Positions 11,201 to 18,297 of a DNA stretch of 64,000 nt are shown one piece after another. Numbering within the stretch: position 1 is the stretch's first letter; the number at the start of each line of letters is the position of its first letter. The notes beneath the pieces were generated by a model, which was not told where the DNA came from, did not search any database, and saw only the letters and a list, made by a program, of their open reading frames with translations. The stretch is from a virus. Location: IMG/VR virus record IMGVR_UViG_3300022602_000078, positions 5,652 to 69,651 of that record; one strand, 5' to 3'. The translations under genes and the position numbers were made by a program.

Positions 11201-12166
11201 ATAATTTGTATAGATGTTATCTAAAATTGCATCAGGTAAGATTGAATCCCCGTATATTGATCCGGCTATTGCTAAATTGTCTGTCGTTAATCTACCATTA
11301 CCTTGGTTATCATAATTAGGATTATATGTTAAATGATTGGTTCCAGTATCTCCATAAAATACTGCTGCAATACCGCCGCTAGTTGTAGCGTTTACAACTT
11401 TAACAAATGTTGGAAAATATTCTTCATTATTGTTAGCATCAACAACTATTAATTGTTGTGCCTGAGTAGACGATGTGGCTTGTGCAATACGACCATATAT
11501 CCACCCACCTACTGCTAGATCTTGTTCAATACCGACGCCACCCGCAAAATATGCTGCTGCTGTTTTTCTTTCAGCTGTTGTACTAAAAATAGTTTGTGAT
11601 GCATATCCTGATGCAAGTAAATCCCCGTCGACAGTTGCTATAATTCCGCTATTGGGCGGATATTGATATCCTGTTCCTCCATATTCTGGGTATGTTGCTC
11701 CGGTAGGATTAGCTAAACTAGCAACGTTTTGTACACTTTTATCTAAAAAATTAGAACCATTACTGTTTAGTGTTAATACTCCGTCACTAGTCAATGAAAA
11801 TACAGTATCGACTGTAAAAACATATCCTCCGGAATTTGATGGATCCAATATAGCAGCATTTGCAGTAGGAACTGTTGTGCCTACTGCAGTTCCGATGGTT
11901 AATGCTTGATGGGTCAGTACACCTCCCGAGGAACCACCAATAGACAATTGAGTTGGACTTAACACACCTCCATTAGCGAGCCCTACTTGCAATAACGAAC
12001 TATTAATTGCTACTATGCCATCGGGCGTGGTACTTAGAGTTATATTTTTGTCAATAGCAACAAGTGGAGAACTATTTCCAACAGAAATGTTTACATTACT
12101 ATTTGCTACAATAGCTTGATTTTCATTGGGTGTTACATTTCTTGTTCCGGAAATACGAGTCGTCAT
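5219..12166 (-). CDS. Large virion/tailspike-like protein: pectin-lyase-like beta-helix with inserted phycobiliprotein-like helical repeats
   Basis: 2315 aa; beta-helix entry motif 'LYVTMDGDDTNDG...CRTISGAI...VVAPGHYYE...SVKGSDLRTTFIEP'; seven (C/T)-x-R-D-x-(G/S) repeats; late promoter and SD upstream. Confidence 0.75.
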   Translation of the reverse strand: MTTRISGTRNVTPNENQAIVANSNVNISVGNSSPLVAIDKNITLSTTPDGIVAINSSLLQVGLANGGVLSPTQLSIGGSSGGVLTHQALTIGTAVGTTVPTANAAILDPSNSGGYVFTVDTVFSLTSDGVLTLNSNGSNFLDKSVQNVASLANPTGATYPEYGGTGYQYPPNSGIIATVDGDLLASGYASQTIFSTTAERKTAAAYFAGGVGIEQDLAVGGWIYGRIAQATSSTQAQQLIVVDANNNEEYFPTFVKVVNATTSGGIAAVFYGDTGTNHLTYNPNYDNQGNGRLTTDNLAIAGSIYGDSILPDAILDNIYTNYLGLSATETTIPVGAGMVDLFGEIRVRGKEPLGTAPVVTNILYVTMDGDDTNDGRAMDASRACRTISGAINSPYYQSGTQIVVAPGHYYENNPILLKPYTSVKGSDLRTTFIEPINKTQDLFHVQSGCYLNYMNFLNGRSGLLPGQYAIGYNRGAYATAFPPSVNGSTINLFHSPYIQNCTNQNGPWLKDGTMFVPDQTIQVPSVIGTGTWAYNTSSIIVKFNNLPVNGWINVGTVASSSTDYTNTLYSTLTLKGSITSTDWLSVVDSSPILGDAITTLDTGDLWVYTDAPGLEIGQSINAGQQNQGFFNARTLLLANKPFLQSQTVAYLDAAFNSSSYYADSSKTQRDIGLIVNAVANDLLYFSQSDSTFVGLQYWKQDVGSVQQTAETNATISAINYLKSLAVPLVSGGNQTTVSKLFTTVTNLIQHGTVGVTDTIIYGGLPSTNATTIADYKALITAIPTLAGEVQTYITNTLHFTAYSTATCLRDTGYIIESVAFDLLHGGNIQSIKSGTYYYGYSVTDTTLTTSTVLGNQIPQCTAIINVVNGYLPYIISGQPVPSVYQTAVKQTTSTVAFGSSYQVAAVQNSIDYILSIINEGPDVAGPKTPQSLIENTATYVIDSYNLLTENINFLAAEAAAYSQTLATTTATFNRQLCYRDAGILIENMSYDMAFGGNQKSVESGLAYFNGVTSVIPGLTSQCVSSIYYLNDLCQKIVVNNTCTVLPLATSDNIPLGTQIINSNLIGGEVAQLSIQNLFNITIDIIEKGPGSAPESYTSTGPDAAYVSAEILLQANRTFIQEQTINYINWNLCHPAKALPYNQIKCARDVGVIVDSIVIDLMFPTPTYSQSNFAGLQYYAQNGYLGNIPEEIDPTIDAFTYLQGLSIKVVQNITTATDALVGVYRYTTGTQITTSTGGATGVEIAKLEQEFGTILTILNGNTTGWTDQIVANGITSSTLASTQITAQLLLKNTNYLAGEVLGYVSANYPDFTYNTSTCFRDVGFIINSVVFDLLYGGNRQSIQAGLSYYASNSTDPIIPQEVAPTAAAFNFLKTLTSALVLNQTLSAFTATYTLNQTIIPPVLGMQPGSSGDATTLVTAINTITNIISNGPSAASPLRPVSLIELSSPSALATYNIITTNKSFIQAEIVAWINNTYNANSFNYDQALCYRDTGLIVDAVSQDILLGGNSNSIQAGLSYWNQAYNYVANQISTTTAAINYVASIAAQIIANEPVAIVTGTISTQVINTFFAYGNNYMPQQAVARNFNIISSIIANGPSVAPPIYAGSALFALTGLNGSDVNIAPTITELVKLSTGTYLIGLSTSTIGFGINATLYFGNTEIFPLQDSQVETYSLQYTGSASTWDDRLIDQIGGMGGSLVDGSVISDTSPIQSFVYDAYTQLTQGGIGVHITNDGYAQLVSVFTIFNNIAVLADNGGIGSITNSNCNFGNYALIAKGYGKRQFSGTVYNPINRSYPFSPGPTGLDQYYPQGYWPNNQGQVEIFVPDLGNRPHIGLVMEVIPPVSIPSFASKSSSSLIYTPYLNNQGFPGFLNAQPSTSTLISGTINLTNIDTTDVYIGNTVYIEDRFGHQYDAYQYLYNEFGQYVDVNGNALPDQSLSYVEIHGVPNPNYGKWYAATGTVVTDVNFNSITLNQALTNGGGFVDNPNYFTLYFCGNAYYTVDTSSPSIQQPYAPGTNILSAATTSSYQGPTTSQIAAHIASIQHLSLVTNNIISNIPVSVTTGNTATQVFNQLIVGGIESQSFIDLRFEDIINIVNAGSLAEAESVVPPRSIKTSGTIPAGSGAAVSLIQDNLDFLTAETVAFVQQYYSSVYDGYTMSDGQATKCVRDVSLILQQIIYDLETGGNYNSVYAGLSYWSRPGTYHIVSITEGIRNPLLFPDGCIVNFYQRSYLSASGYLFEYVGAGANYGALPQRGVADPVQSQETIQLNSGKVFFTSTDQNGDFRIGTGLVISQATGVLSGRTFVQSLYAYTTPFILAIT
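7380..10280 (-). repeat. Six tandem ~140-172-aa protein-level repeats (a seventh lies near 5590-6080)
   Basis: (C/T)xRD motifs at aa 667, 807, 977, 1145, 1317, 1487 and 2161; each is preceded by an 'LxxNxxF(I/L)xxE'-like helix and most are followed by 'D(L/I/M)xxGGN'. Confidence 0.85.
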
Positions 12167-12183
12167 ATCTTGTTCCTTTAAAG

Positions 12184-12190
12184 TATTTAT
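12184..12190 (-). promoter_or_regulatory. T4-type late promoter (ATAAATA)
   Basis: Matches the gp55 consensus TATAAATA at 7/8; upstream of SD AAGGA and ATG 12166. Confidence 0.7.
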
Positions 12191-12194
12191 CGGT

Positions 12195-12719
12195 TTAGCT
12201 TATTCGTATCTCTATAGCTTTGATTAATACAGGGTCATTATGGGGCCATTCAGGATGCGCTTTAAATCTAATAATTACACCAAATGTAGGATCTTGTACA
12301 TTTTCAATAGTTAAATTAGTAGTCCATAAATCGCTTGAACTTCCATAAATTATTTGAGGTGCAATATCATATACTGCATGATTTTCGCCTATCGAATTAC
12401 CCGATAGACATAAATTTATACTATCATCCATAGCTCTTCCGTATCTATTAGTAGTCAATTGTACTTCTATACCAGAAAGTGTTTTAGGTAGATTGATAAA
12501 ATTAAATCCTGTGGCTTGTAAAAAGCATGTTTTATTTGTTAAATCAAGTTTAGGTGATCGAGCCTTATGATAAAGAGTTCCGATAGACTGTAATTCACCG
12601 TACACATTAGTTGTCAATTCTAAAAAATTATTAGTAGAATCCCAAGCAATATCTACATTCTCACTGCCGGGTTCATAGTATTGCGAAATAATTGTTGGAA
12701 CGGTCCAATTAGTAGTCAT
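12195..12719 (-). CDS. Hypothetical virion-associated protein
   Basis: 174-aa ORF with its own late-promoter-like GTAAATA (12725-12731). Confidence 0.6.
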   Translation of the reverse strand: MTTNWTVPTIISQYYEPGSENVDIAWDSTNNFLELTTNVYGELQSIGTLYHKARSPKLDLTNKTCFLQATGFNFINLPKTLSGIEVQLTTNRYGRAMDDSINLCLSGNSIGENHAVYDIAPQIIYGSSSDLWTTNLTIENVQDPTFGVIIRFKAHPEWPHNDPVLIKAIEIRIS

Positions 12720-12758
12720 ACCGATATTTACCTAATTTTATTTTATACCGAGTAAATG

Positions 12759-12782
12759 AAAAAAGGCTCCGAAGAGCCTTTT
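12759..12782 (-). terminator. Rho-independent terminator with cUUCGg tetraloop
   Basis: Minus strand AAAAGGCTC-TTCG-GAGCCTTTTTT downstream of the 12806..13705 gene. Confidence 0.9.
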
Positions 12783-12805
12783 CTCTATTAGCAGGTAATT
12801 GTAAA

Positions 12806-13705
12806 TTAAACTGCGTTTGTAGCAATTGAAACTACCGAACCGCTAGCTGAACCAGTTGTCCACTGAGCTCGTCCGCCGTCGGCAATTAAAAAGCTACCAG
12901 ACTTAGCATATTGATATAAAGTTGCATAATTCATTGTTAATTTACCAACAAAATATGTGCTACCATTAGCATCCGTAGCAATAACTGACATCTGTCCAGC
13001 AGTTAATGATGTTGATGTAGTTACTAAATTACAAATACCGGTGCCTTGAGCATTTTCTATTAGATAACGATGACTACCTTTTTGTTTAACAATAGTGGAA
13101 GTTACAGCACTTGTGCCGCCATCGACTACAGGAATGTATGCTGTTGTGGCAATAGTGCCAGCTACTAAATCAACTGAAGTTACACCTGTAGTAAATGTAG
13201 CACCTGATCCAACATCACTAAAAGTGATTACGTTTCCTGTTAGATTCGAATTAGCATTATTTAGAGAAAGACCTACAACCTTAGTACTTGGGTTAACTGC
13301 TAGTACATAAGTTGTTCCTGTGTTAATTCCTGTTCCTACAGCTTTCATACCAACATAGATACCATTAACTCCATTCAATGTTAATGTATTTGTAGTATTT
13401 GTAGTAACTGTGGCTGTTTGAGTTGTCGGTGCAACAACTGTAACAGTTGGAGCAGATTTATATCCGCTACCTTGATTGGTAACAGTTATCGAAGCAATCG
13501 CACCTGTTGAAGTAGTAACTGTTAATGATGCAGTAGCATTTAAACCTGCTGCGTCGTCGGGTGCTGAAACTAGTGCTGTTACACCAGTAGAATAATGTGT
13601 GCCGCCGGCATTTACAGATGCAGTCACACCTTGATATTGAGTCATTACTTCACCTGCGCCTTGAGCGTTAGTCAAGAAGTATGTTTGTTTAATTGGACGT
13701 CCCAT
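12806..13705 (-). CDS. Virion structural protein (possible head decoration/fibre)
   Basis: 299 aa, Thr/Gly/Ala-rich, 'SITVTNQGSGYKSAPTVTV' module; directly after the capsid gene with its own promoter, strong SD and terminator. Confidence 0.6.
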   Translation of the reverse strand: MGRPIKQTYFLTNAQGAGEVMTQYQGVTASVNAGGTHYSTGVTALVSAPDDAAGLNATASLTVTTSTGAIASITVTNQGSGYKSAPTVTVVAPTTQTATVTTNTTNTLTLNGVNGIYVGMKAVGTGINTGTTYVLAVNPSTKVVGLSLNNANSNLTGNVITFSDVGSGATFTTGVTSVDLVAGTIATTAYIPVVDGGTSAVTSTIVKQKGSHRYLIENAQGTGICNLVTTSTSLTAGQMSVIATDANGSTYFVGKLTMNYATLYQYAKSGSFLIADGGRAQWTTGSASGSVVSIATNAV

Positions 13706-13711
13706 TTTATT

Positions 13712-13800
13712 TTCTCCTTATGAAAACACAGCGTTCTAGGCTGTACGCGGTTGGATTTCCGCATAAAACTTACACTATGTAAGTTATACCATGTATTTAG
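13712..13800 (-). promoter_or_regulatory. Late promoter (CTAAATA) plus three-hairpin structured 5' leader
   Basis: Stems AACTTACA/TGTAAGTT, TATGCGG/CCGCGTA and ACAGC/GCTGT lie between the promoter (13794-13800) and SD AAGGAG. Confidence 0.65.
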
Positions 13801-13813
13801 TTTGTTATTCAAG

Positions 13814-13838
13814 AAAAAGCCCACACAAGGTGGGCTTT
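13814..13838 (-). terminator. Rho-independent terminator after major capsid gene
   Basis: Minus strand AAAGCCCAC-CTTGT-GTGGGCTTTTT. Confidence 0.9.
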
Positions 13839-13865
13839 GTCTCGTTTGAAATAATCTTTTATTGA

Positions 13866-15047
13866 TTATTGGAAACTTACATTGGCAGTATTAATACCAA
13901 CGCGACCTAGGTAGTCAGCAGCATTACCCAAGCTCGATGCGGTGTTAGTCAATTGGACATAACCGTAACGAGTTAGGAAGCCTACTACTGGCTCGAAGGT
14001 TGCTGGATCTAGTACAACGCCAGAGCTCATTAGAGGAATATAAGGGCAATAGAAAGCTGCGGCATCTGCCTCGCTTGAACCTTTATAACCAATTAGAACC
14101 TGGTTGCCATTTTGGGCAGTTGAATCAGCCATATATGCATCAACAAATACCTTCATTGAGCCATTTAATGTACCAACAAACTTAGTATTAGTTGGAGCTT
14201 CGAATGTACCTTCAGTTGTGCGAGCAAAAGCTGAAGTTGTTGCGCTCTGTAGAATTGTTAAAGCCTGATTCGATACAACAGCCCAGTTACCAGCACCACG
14301 ACGTGTGCGCTGAGCAATTAAGTTGCTTACACGATTGATCATGATTGCTAATGCAGCATGTTCGTCGCCGACGAATGTTGCTGTACCAGATACCAATGCC
14401 TGGTCGTATGTATATTCAAGACTTGCTAAACTGCGTAAGCTGTTTAAGATTTCTTGATCGATTTCAGCAGTAATTTCTTGAGCCAAAGCAGCCATAATTT
14501 CTGCTTCGATATCAATACCCTGCTGTGCTTGTGCATCCTGAGCAGCCTCAAAAGTCCAACGAGCAGATAGCTTGCGGCTCTTTGCTTCGACTGGTGCCTT
14601 GAGGATCTGGATGCTCATGCGCTTGCCGGGGGTACCTTCAAGTGCTGCTGTTGTTGAAGCTGCTGGAGTAGAGTTGCTACCGTTACCCGAATATCCACGA
14701 GCGATATTGAATGGGCTTAGTGCTTCTTCACCTGCTGAAACTTCTGTATCACTGTCTGCATAACGAACACGTAGTGTGTGGATCTGTGCAACAGGTCCTG
14801 TCATTGGCTGTACGCCGATGATTTCATTAGCAATAACAGTTGGCATCACGCGACGGATAACTGGTAGAATTACACGGTTAAGTGTTGCTACGTTACCTGC
14901 GCTTGTTGCGCCTGCTGTGGCTGATTCTGTAAGTGCGCGACGTGTGTTCTCTAAGCATACATTCATGCTTGCACGACGGTTACCAGATAGGCCTTCAAGC
15001 AGAGCTTCTTTGGTCTCTGACCATCTTTCATTTAATAACTGTGACAT
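13866..15047 (-). CDS. gp23: Major capsid protein (T4 gp23 family)
   Basis: 'ILPVIRRVMPTVIANEIIGVQPMTGP', 'AKSRKLSARWTFEAAQD', 'AFYCPYIPL', 'TFEPVVGFLTRYG'. Confidence 0.97.
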   Translation of the reverse strand: MSQLLNERWSETKEALLEGLSGNRRASMNVCLENTRRALTESATAGATSAGNVATLNRVILPVIRRVMPTVIANEIIGVQPMTGPVAQIHTLRVRYADSDTEVSAGEEALSPFNIARGYSGNGSNSTPAASTTAALEGTPGKRMSIQILKAPVEAKSRKLSARWTFEAAQDAQAQQGIDIEAEIMAALAQEITAEIDQEILNSLRSLASLEYTYDQALVSGTATFVGDEHAALAIMINRVSNLIAQRTRRGAGNWAVVSNQALTILQSATTSAFARTTEGTFEAPTNTKFVGTLNGSMKVFVDAYMADSTAQNGNQVLIGYKGSSEADAAAFYCPYIPLMSSGVVLDPATFEPVVGFLTRYGYVQLTNTASSLGNAADYLGRVGINTANVSFQ

Positions 15048-15077
15048 TTTATGTCTTCTCCTTGAAATATATTAAAT

Positions 15078-16163
15078 TTATTTTAGACCCGCTAACTTGC
15101 GGATATCTAAAATGTTATCTAAGCCTACCTCAGGCTTATGTTCTCGATTACCAGTCACTTCAGTGCCTTCAGTTAGTGTAGTTTTAGCTGCACGAACCTT
15201 ACCACCTTCCATTACTGTCGGTAGGTACTTGTCAAAAGCTTCTGCTAGTTTCTTGGTCTGTACAGATTCAAGTAACTGATGCATCAACTCTCTCTTATCA
15301 GCACCTAGAGGTGCTAGTAACTCGCCCATAACCTGCTTACGCTCCATTAAATCTTTGGCAACACGAATTTCTCGGTCCTTGGACTCAACAATGGTTACTT
15401 TTTCTGTTAGGGCTTGTTTGGCCTCATTCAATTCTTTATCTTTCTTAGCAATAATCTTTAACAATTTACTTGTTTCAGATTTCTCGTTTAAGTAAGAACC
15501 AGAATATTCTTGAGCAAACGCTTCATATATACGACGACCAAAATCGTTAGTGCGGGCATTGTCAATATCTTCTTTCAATTGCTTGATTTCAGATGTCAAC
15601 TTTTTAGTAACTGCCGTTTCAACAACTTTAGCCGAACGCTTAATGAAATTCTGACTGATCTCATCGAATTTGTTCTTGGCTTCACGTACTAGCTTAACTT
15701 TAGTTTCAGCTAAATCACGCTTGTCAACAGCAAACTCGTTGATTTCTTTTGCTAGAGCATGTACTACGAATTGCTCTAACTTAGCAAAGTTTTCCGAAAC
15801 TTTCTTGCGATCATTTTGGAATTCTACTAATTCTTTTCCTAATTGATTGATTACAAAACCTTCTAGTTTTTTGCTGTCTGCTGATACTTTATTTTTATAT
15901 TCAACTTGAGCTGCTGCTAGTGCTTTCTTGTCTTCATGCAATTCGGACATTTCTGCGGCTAATCTATCGTTTAACATCTTGTCGATTGCTTCAACCATTA
16001 CAGCCTTATCTTGGGTGTACTTTTGAGCAAATTCTTCACGAAGTTCTGCGGTGACTAGATCGCGATTCTCTTTAATTTTCTCAGCAAAAGCCGATTCAAC
16101 AACAGATTTTGTTTCTTCTGTCATTACACCTGCTTCTACTAATTGTTTGAATGCGTCCAACAT
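15078..16163 (-). CDS. gp22: Prohead core scaffolding protein (gp22-like)
   Basis: Coiled-coil, Glu/Lys-rich, 'GRRIYEAF' motif, several LxE protease sites; position between gp21 and gp23. Confidence 0.85.
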   Translation of the reverse strand: MLDAFKQLVEAGVMTEETKSVVESAFAEKIKENRDLVTAELREEFAQKYTQDKAVMVEAIDKMLNDRLAAEMSELHEDKKALAAAQVEYKNKVSADSKKLEGFVINQLGKELVEFQNDRKKVSENFAKLEQFVVHALAKEINEFAVDKRDLAETKVKLVREAKNKFDEISQNFIKRSAKVVETAVTKKLTSEIKQLKEDIDNARTNDFGRRIYEAFAQEYSGSYLNEKSETSKLLKIIAKKDKELNEAKQALTEKVTIVESKDREIRVAKDLMERKQVMGELLAPLGADKRELMHQLLESVQTKKLAEAFDKYLPTVMEGGKVRAAKTTLTEGTEVTGNREHKPEVGLDNILDIRKLAGLK

Positions 16164-16181
16164 TTACATTTCTCCTCGGGC

Positions 16182-16814
16182 TTATTTTAGACCTTTAATA
16201 ATTTGCAAGAGAGATTCCTGCAAGTATTTCTGGGCCTTTGGATCTTCTTTTACTTCTTGTGCTACCTTAAATGCTTTCATCCCACCACGTGAGTTCATGA
16301 TATGTTCATAAACCGGTGTGGGATAAGCTCCAGGAGCACTGGGTTGAGCAACTACGTCTACCGTGATGATCTCAAAATCAGATACATGGCCGTTCATGTC
16401 GTTAACATTGCCGCTACCACGAGAACTAACACCAAGTTTTACACCGCTTTCAAGCATAGTACGAACTAAGTTACCCATTGGAGTTGGCAAAATTTTCATT
16501 TTGCCGTATCCATTAGGACCTTCCATCCACATTTGTGTTATCATGTGGCTGACACGATCCAAATTAACTTTCAAATCATCTGGATGATCAACTTCGCCTA
16601 ACACTGAATATCCGTTTTGAATTTGGTCATTCAGTGTCTTTACCGCACTCTCAATTTCGTCTACTGGGTAAACACGTTGATTAGCGTTACGTATCCCACC
16701 TTGGATGGCAATGCCTTTTAAATAAAGACTCTTACCATCCTTATCATCACTCTCGAGTATAACTCCAGCTTGATCAAAACTTAGGTGTTCTTTTAGATAG
16801 CGTATTTGATGCAT
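16182..16814 (-). CDS. gp21: Prohead protease (gp21)
   Basis: 'NANQRVYP', 'LGEVDHP', 'GVKLGVSSRGSG', 'DVVAQPSAPGAY'. Confidence 0.95.
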   Translation of the reverse strand: MHQIRYLKEHLSFDQAGVILESDDKDGKSLYLKGIAIQGGIRNANQRVYPVDEIESAVKTLNDQIQNGYSVLGEVDHPDDLKVNLDRVSHMITQMWMEGPNGYGKMKILPTPMGNLVRTMLESGVKLGVSSRGSGNVNDMNGHVSDFEIITVDVVAQPSAPGAYPTPVYEHIMNSRGGMKAFKVAQEVKEDPKAQKYLQESLLQIIKGLK

Positions 16815-16825
16815 CTACTTCTCTA

Positions 16826-17872
16826 TTAAAGTTTCTTTAAGAAAGATTTGCTGCTACTGACCGAAGTCTGTCCAGCCTTGTCACCTGTACCTGAACCAAC
16901 TGGACCTGGGGTCTTGTTGTTCTGTGGCCATCCTGATTGCTTCTTAAGATTCTTTACACCAGCTTTTCCGCCTGGTGCGCTATTGGCTTCCCAATCTTTA
17001 CCAGTAAACTGCTCACTCTTTTCTGGAGTAATACCTTTGTTTACTTTGTTTGGTGAAGTTCCAGTGTTATGCTGGCCATCTGTGCCGCTATCTTGTGCAA
17101 TGTTCTTAGCATCTGCACCAGTTGTTGGCTTGCCTTTTCCTGAACTTACTGGGCTCTTTCCTTCTGAAGGAGCACTTACTGTTTCACCACTGCCAGAACC
17201 GGCGTTCTTGCCTTGTGCTTTTTGTGTGCTGCCTTTTTCCCAGTCATTTCCAACTTTTTCTACATATTCTCGAGTCATGCGGCGTGCTTCTTGCATACTC
17301 ATCATTTCATCTTCATTATCTTCTTCGCTATCGAAGTCACTATCATGTTCGCTGTGATCCATACCCATATCAGCTTCTTCGCTGCCTTGAGCTGCTTCTA
17401 ATTCAGCAAACGCTGCTTCTAATTCTTGGATAGCATTTTTGATATCTAAAATAGCATGATCTTCATCGGCTTCGTGGCCTTCTTTATCATCCTCACCGCC
17501 CATGACGTCTGCGCCGAAATCATCGGTTGCATCGCCTGGAGCAAAATCATGCTTATCGGCTTCTGAATCCTCTTCTGAATCCATTACATATGAATCTTCT
17601 AATTCTTCTTCTGCAGATTCTTCCATTTCTTCGTCTTCTGCAGATTCTTCCATTTCTTCGTCTTCTGCAGATTCTTCCATTTCTTCGTCTTCTGCAGATT
17701 CTTCCATTTCTTCGTCTTCTTTAGACTCATCCATCTCATCCTCTTCTTCAGAGATTAGATTTTCATAAATTGTACGTGATTTTTCTACTACGATCTCATG
17801 AAAAAGTTCATTTGCCTTTTCATGTTCTTCGTTAACTAGGTAATCTAGTAATTGTTCAAATTTGGTTGACAT
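16826..17872 (-). CDS. Acidic prohead core-like protein
   Basis: Highly acidic N-half and Gly/Lys-rich C-half; occupies the T4 gp67/68 position between portal and protease. Confidence 0.65.
   Translation of the reverse strand: MSTKFEQLLDYLVNEEHEKANELFHEIVVEKSRTIYENLISEEEDEMDESKEDEEMEESAEDEEMEESAEDEEMEESAEDEEMEESAEEELEDSYVMDSEEDSEADKHDFAPGDATDDFGADVMGGEDDKEGHEADEDHAILDIKNAIQELEAAFAELEAAQGSEEADMGMDHSEHDSDFDSEEDNEDEMMSMQEARRMTREYVEKVGNDWEKGSTQKAQGKNAGSGSGETVSAPSEGKSPVSSGKGKPTTGADAKNIAQDSGTDGQHNTGTSPNKVNKGITPEKSEQFTGKDWEANSAPGGKAGVKNLKKQSGWPQNNKTPGPVGSGTGDKAGQTSVSSSKSFLKKL
17612..17719. repeat. Four perfect 27-bp tandem repeats (EDEEMEESA)4
   Basis: Unit TGCAGATTCTTCCATTTCTTCGTCTTC at 17612, 17639, 17666 and 17693. 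Confidence 0.95.
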
Positions 17873-17911
17873 TGCAAAGTTCTCCTTTATATAGCGGCAA
17901 GGCTGTGTTAA

Positions 17912-17918
17912 TATTTAA
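17912..17918 (-). promoter_or_regulatory. Late promoter (TTAAATA) for the head core operon
   Basis: Late-box variant 40 nt upstream of ATG 17872, followed by SD AAGGAG. Confidence 0.55.
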
Positions 17919-18030
17919 GATAATTTTAAAAAAGGTGGAGAAAATAGGCCAAAAATGGAGAATTTTTAAACCTTATGATGATTTTTATTAAAAATATTTA
18001 GTTTTTAATAGCTATCAGTTAACTTAATAG

Positions 18031-18279
18031 TTATCGAGGGGGTGCTTCTGCAGAGGTAGGAGCGGCGTACATTTTACGAATAACATCAAGTTCTTCGTTC
18101 TTTTCTTTATCATGAGCCTCACCTGCTTTGCGTATTTCATTAAGATCCCGAAGTGTAAGACGCATCTTCCTTAAGTCTTTTTTATGCAATACGCTAGTGT
18201 CATTTTGACTCAAATACCGATCATCTGCTTGAGGATCAGCGTGATCGCGATTGAAATACATGAATTCTCTCAATAACAT
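18031..18279 (-). CDS. Small head-assembly protein (hypothetical)
   Basis: 82 aa starting 'MLLREF'; perfect TATAAATA at 18288-18295. Confidence 0.7.
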   Translation of the reverse strand: MLLREFMYFNRDHADPQADDRYLSQNDTSVLHKKDLRKMRLTLRDLNEIRKAGEAHDKEKNEELDVIRKMYAAPTSAEAPPR

Positions 18280-18287
18280 AGTATTGT

Positions 18288-18295
18288 TATTTATA
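18288..18295 (-). promoter_or_regulatory. Late promoter TATAAATA
   Basis: Exact T4 gp55 consensus 8 nt before the ATG. Confidence 0.75.
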
Positions 18296-18297
18296 AA

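Noticed and set aside
1-12166. Diversity-generating retroelement or invertible cassette acting on the fibre genes
   Set aside because: No reverse transcriptase or invertase, and no nucleotide-level template/variable repeat pair was noticed in the window
5219-12166. Assigning a cyanobacterial host from the phycobiliprotein-like repeats
   Set aside because: No photosynthesis or bilin genes are in the window; the host cannot be determined from this sequence
17612-17719. Tandem repeats as a CRISPR array (also 25179-25275)
   Set aside because: Units are contiguous with no unique spacers, are multiples of 3, lie in frame within ORFs, and no cas genes are present
14000-17768. Numerous antisense ORFs opposite the head genes (e.g. 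16848..17357, 17502..17768)
   Set aside because: Shadow frames of strongly biased coding sequence; no SD or promoter, low-complexity translations
17920-18030. AT-rich spacer as a replication origin
   Set aside because: No iterons or other supporting features are visible; AT-richness alone is not diagnostic in this genome
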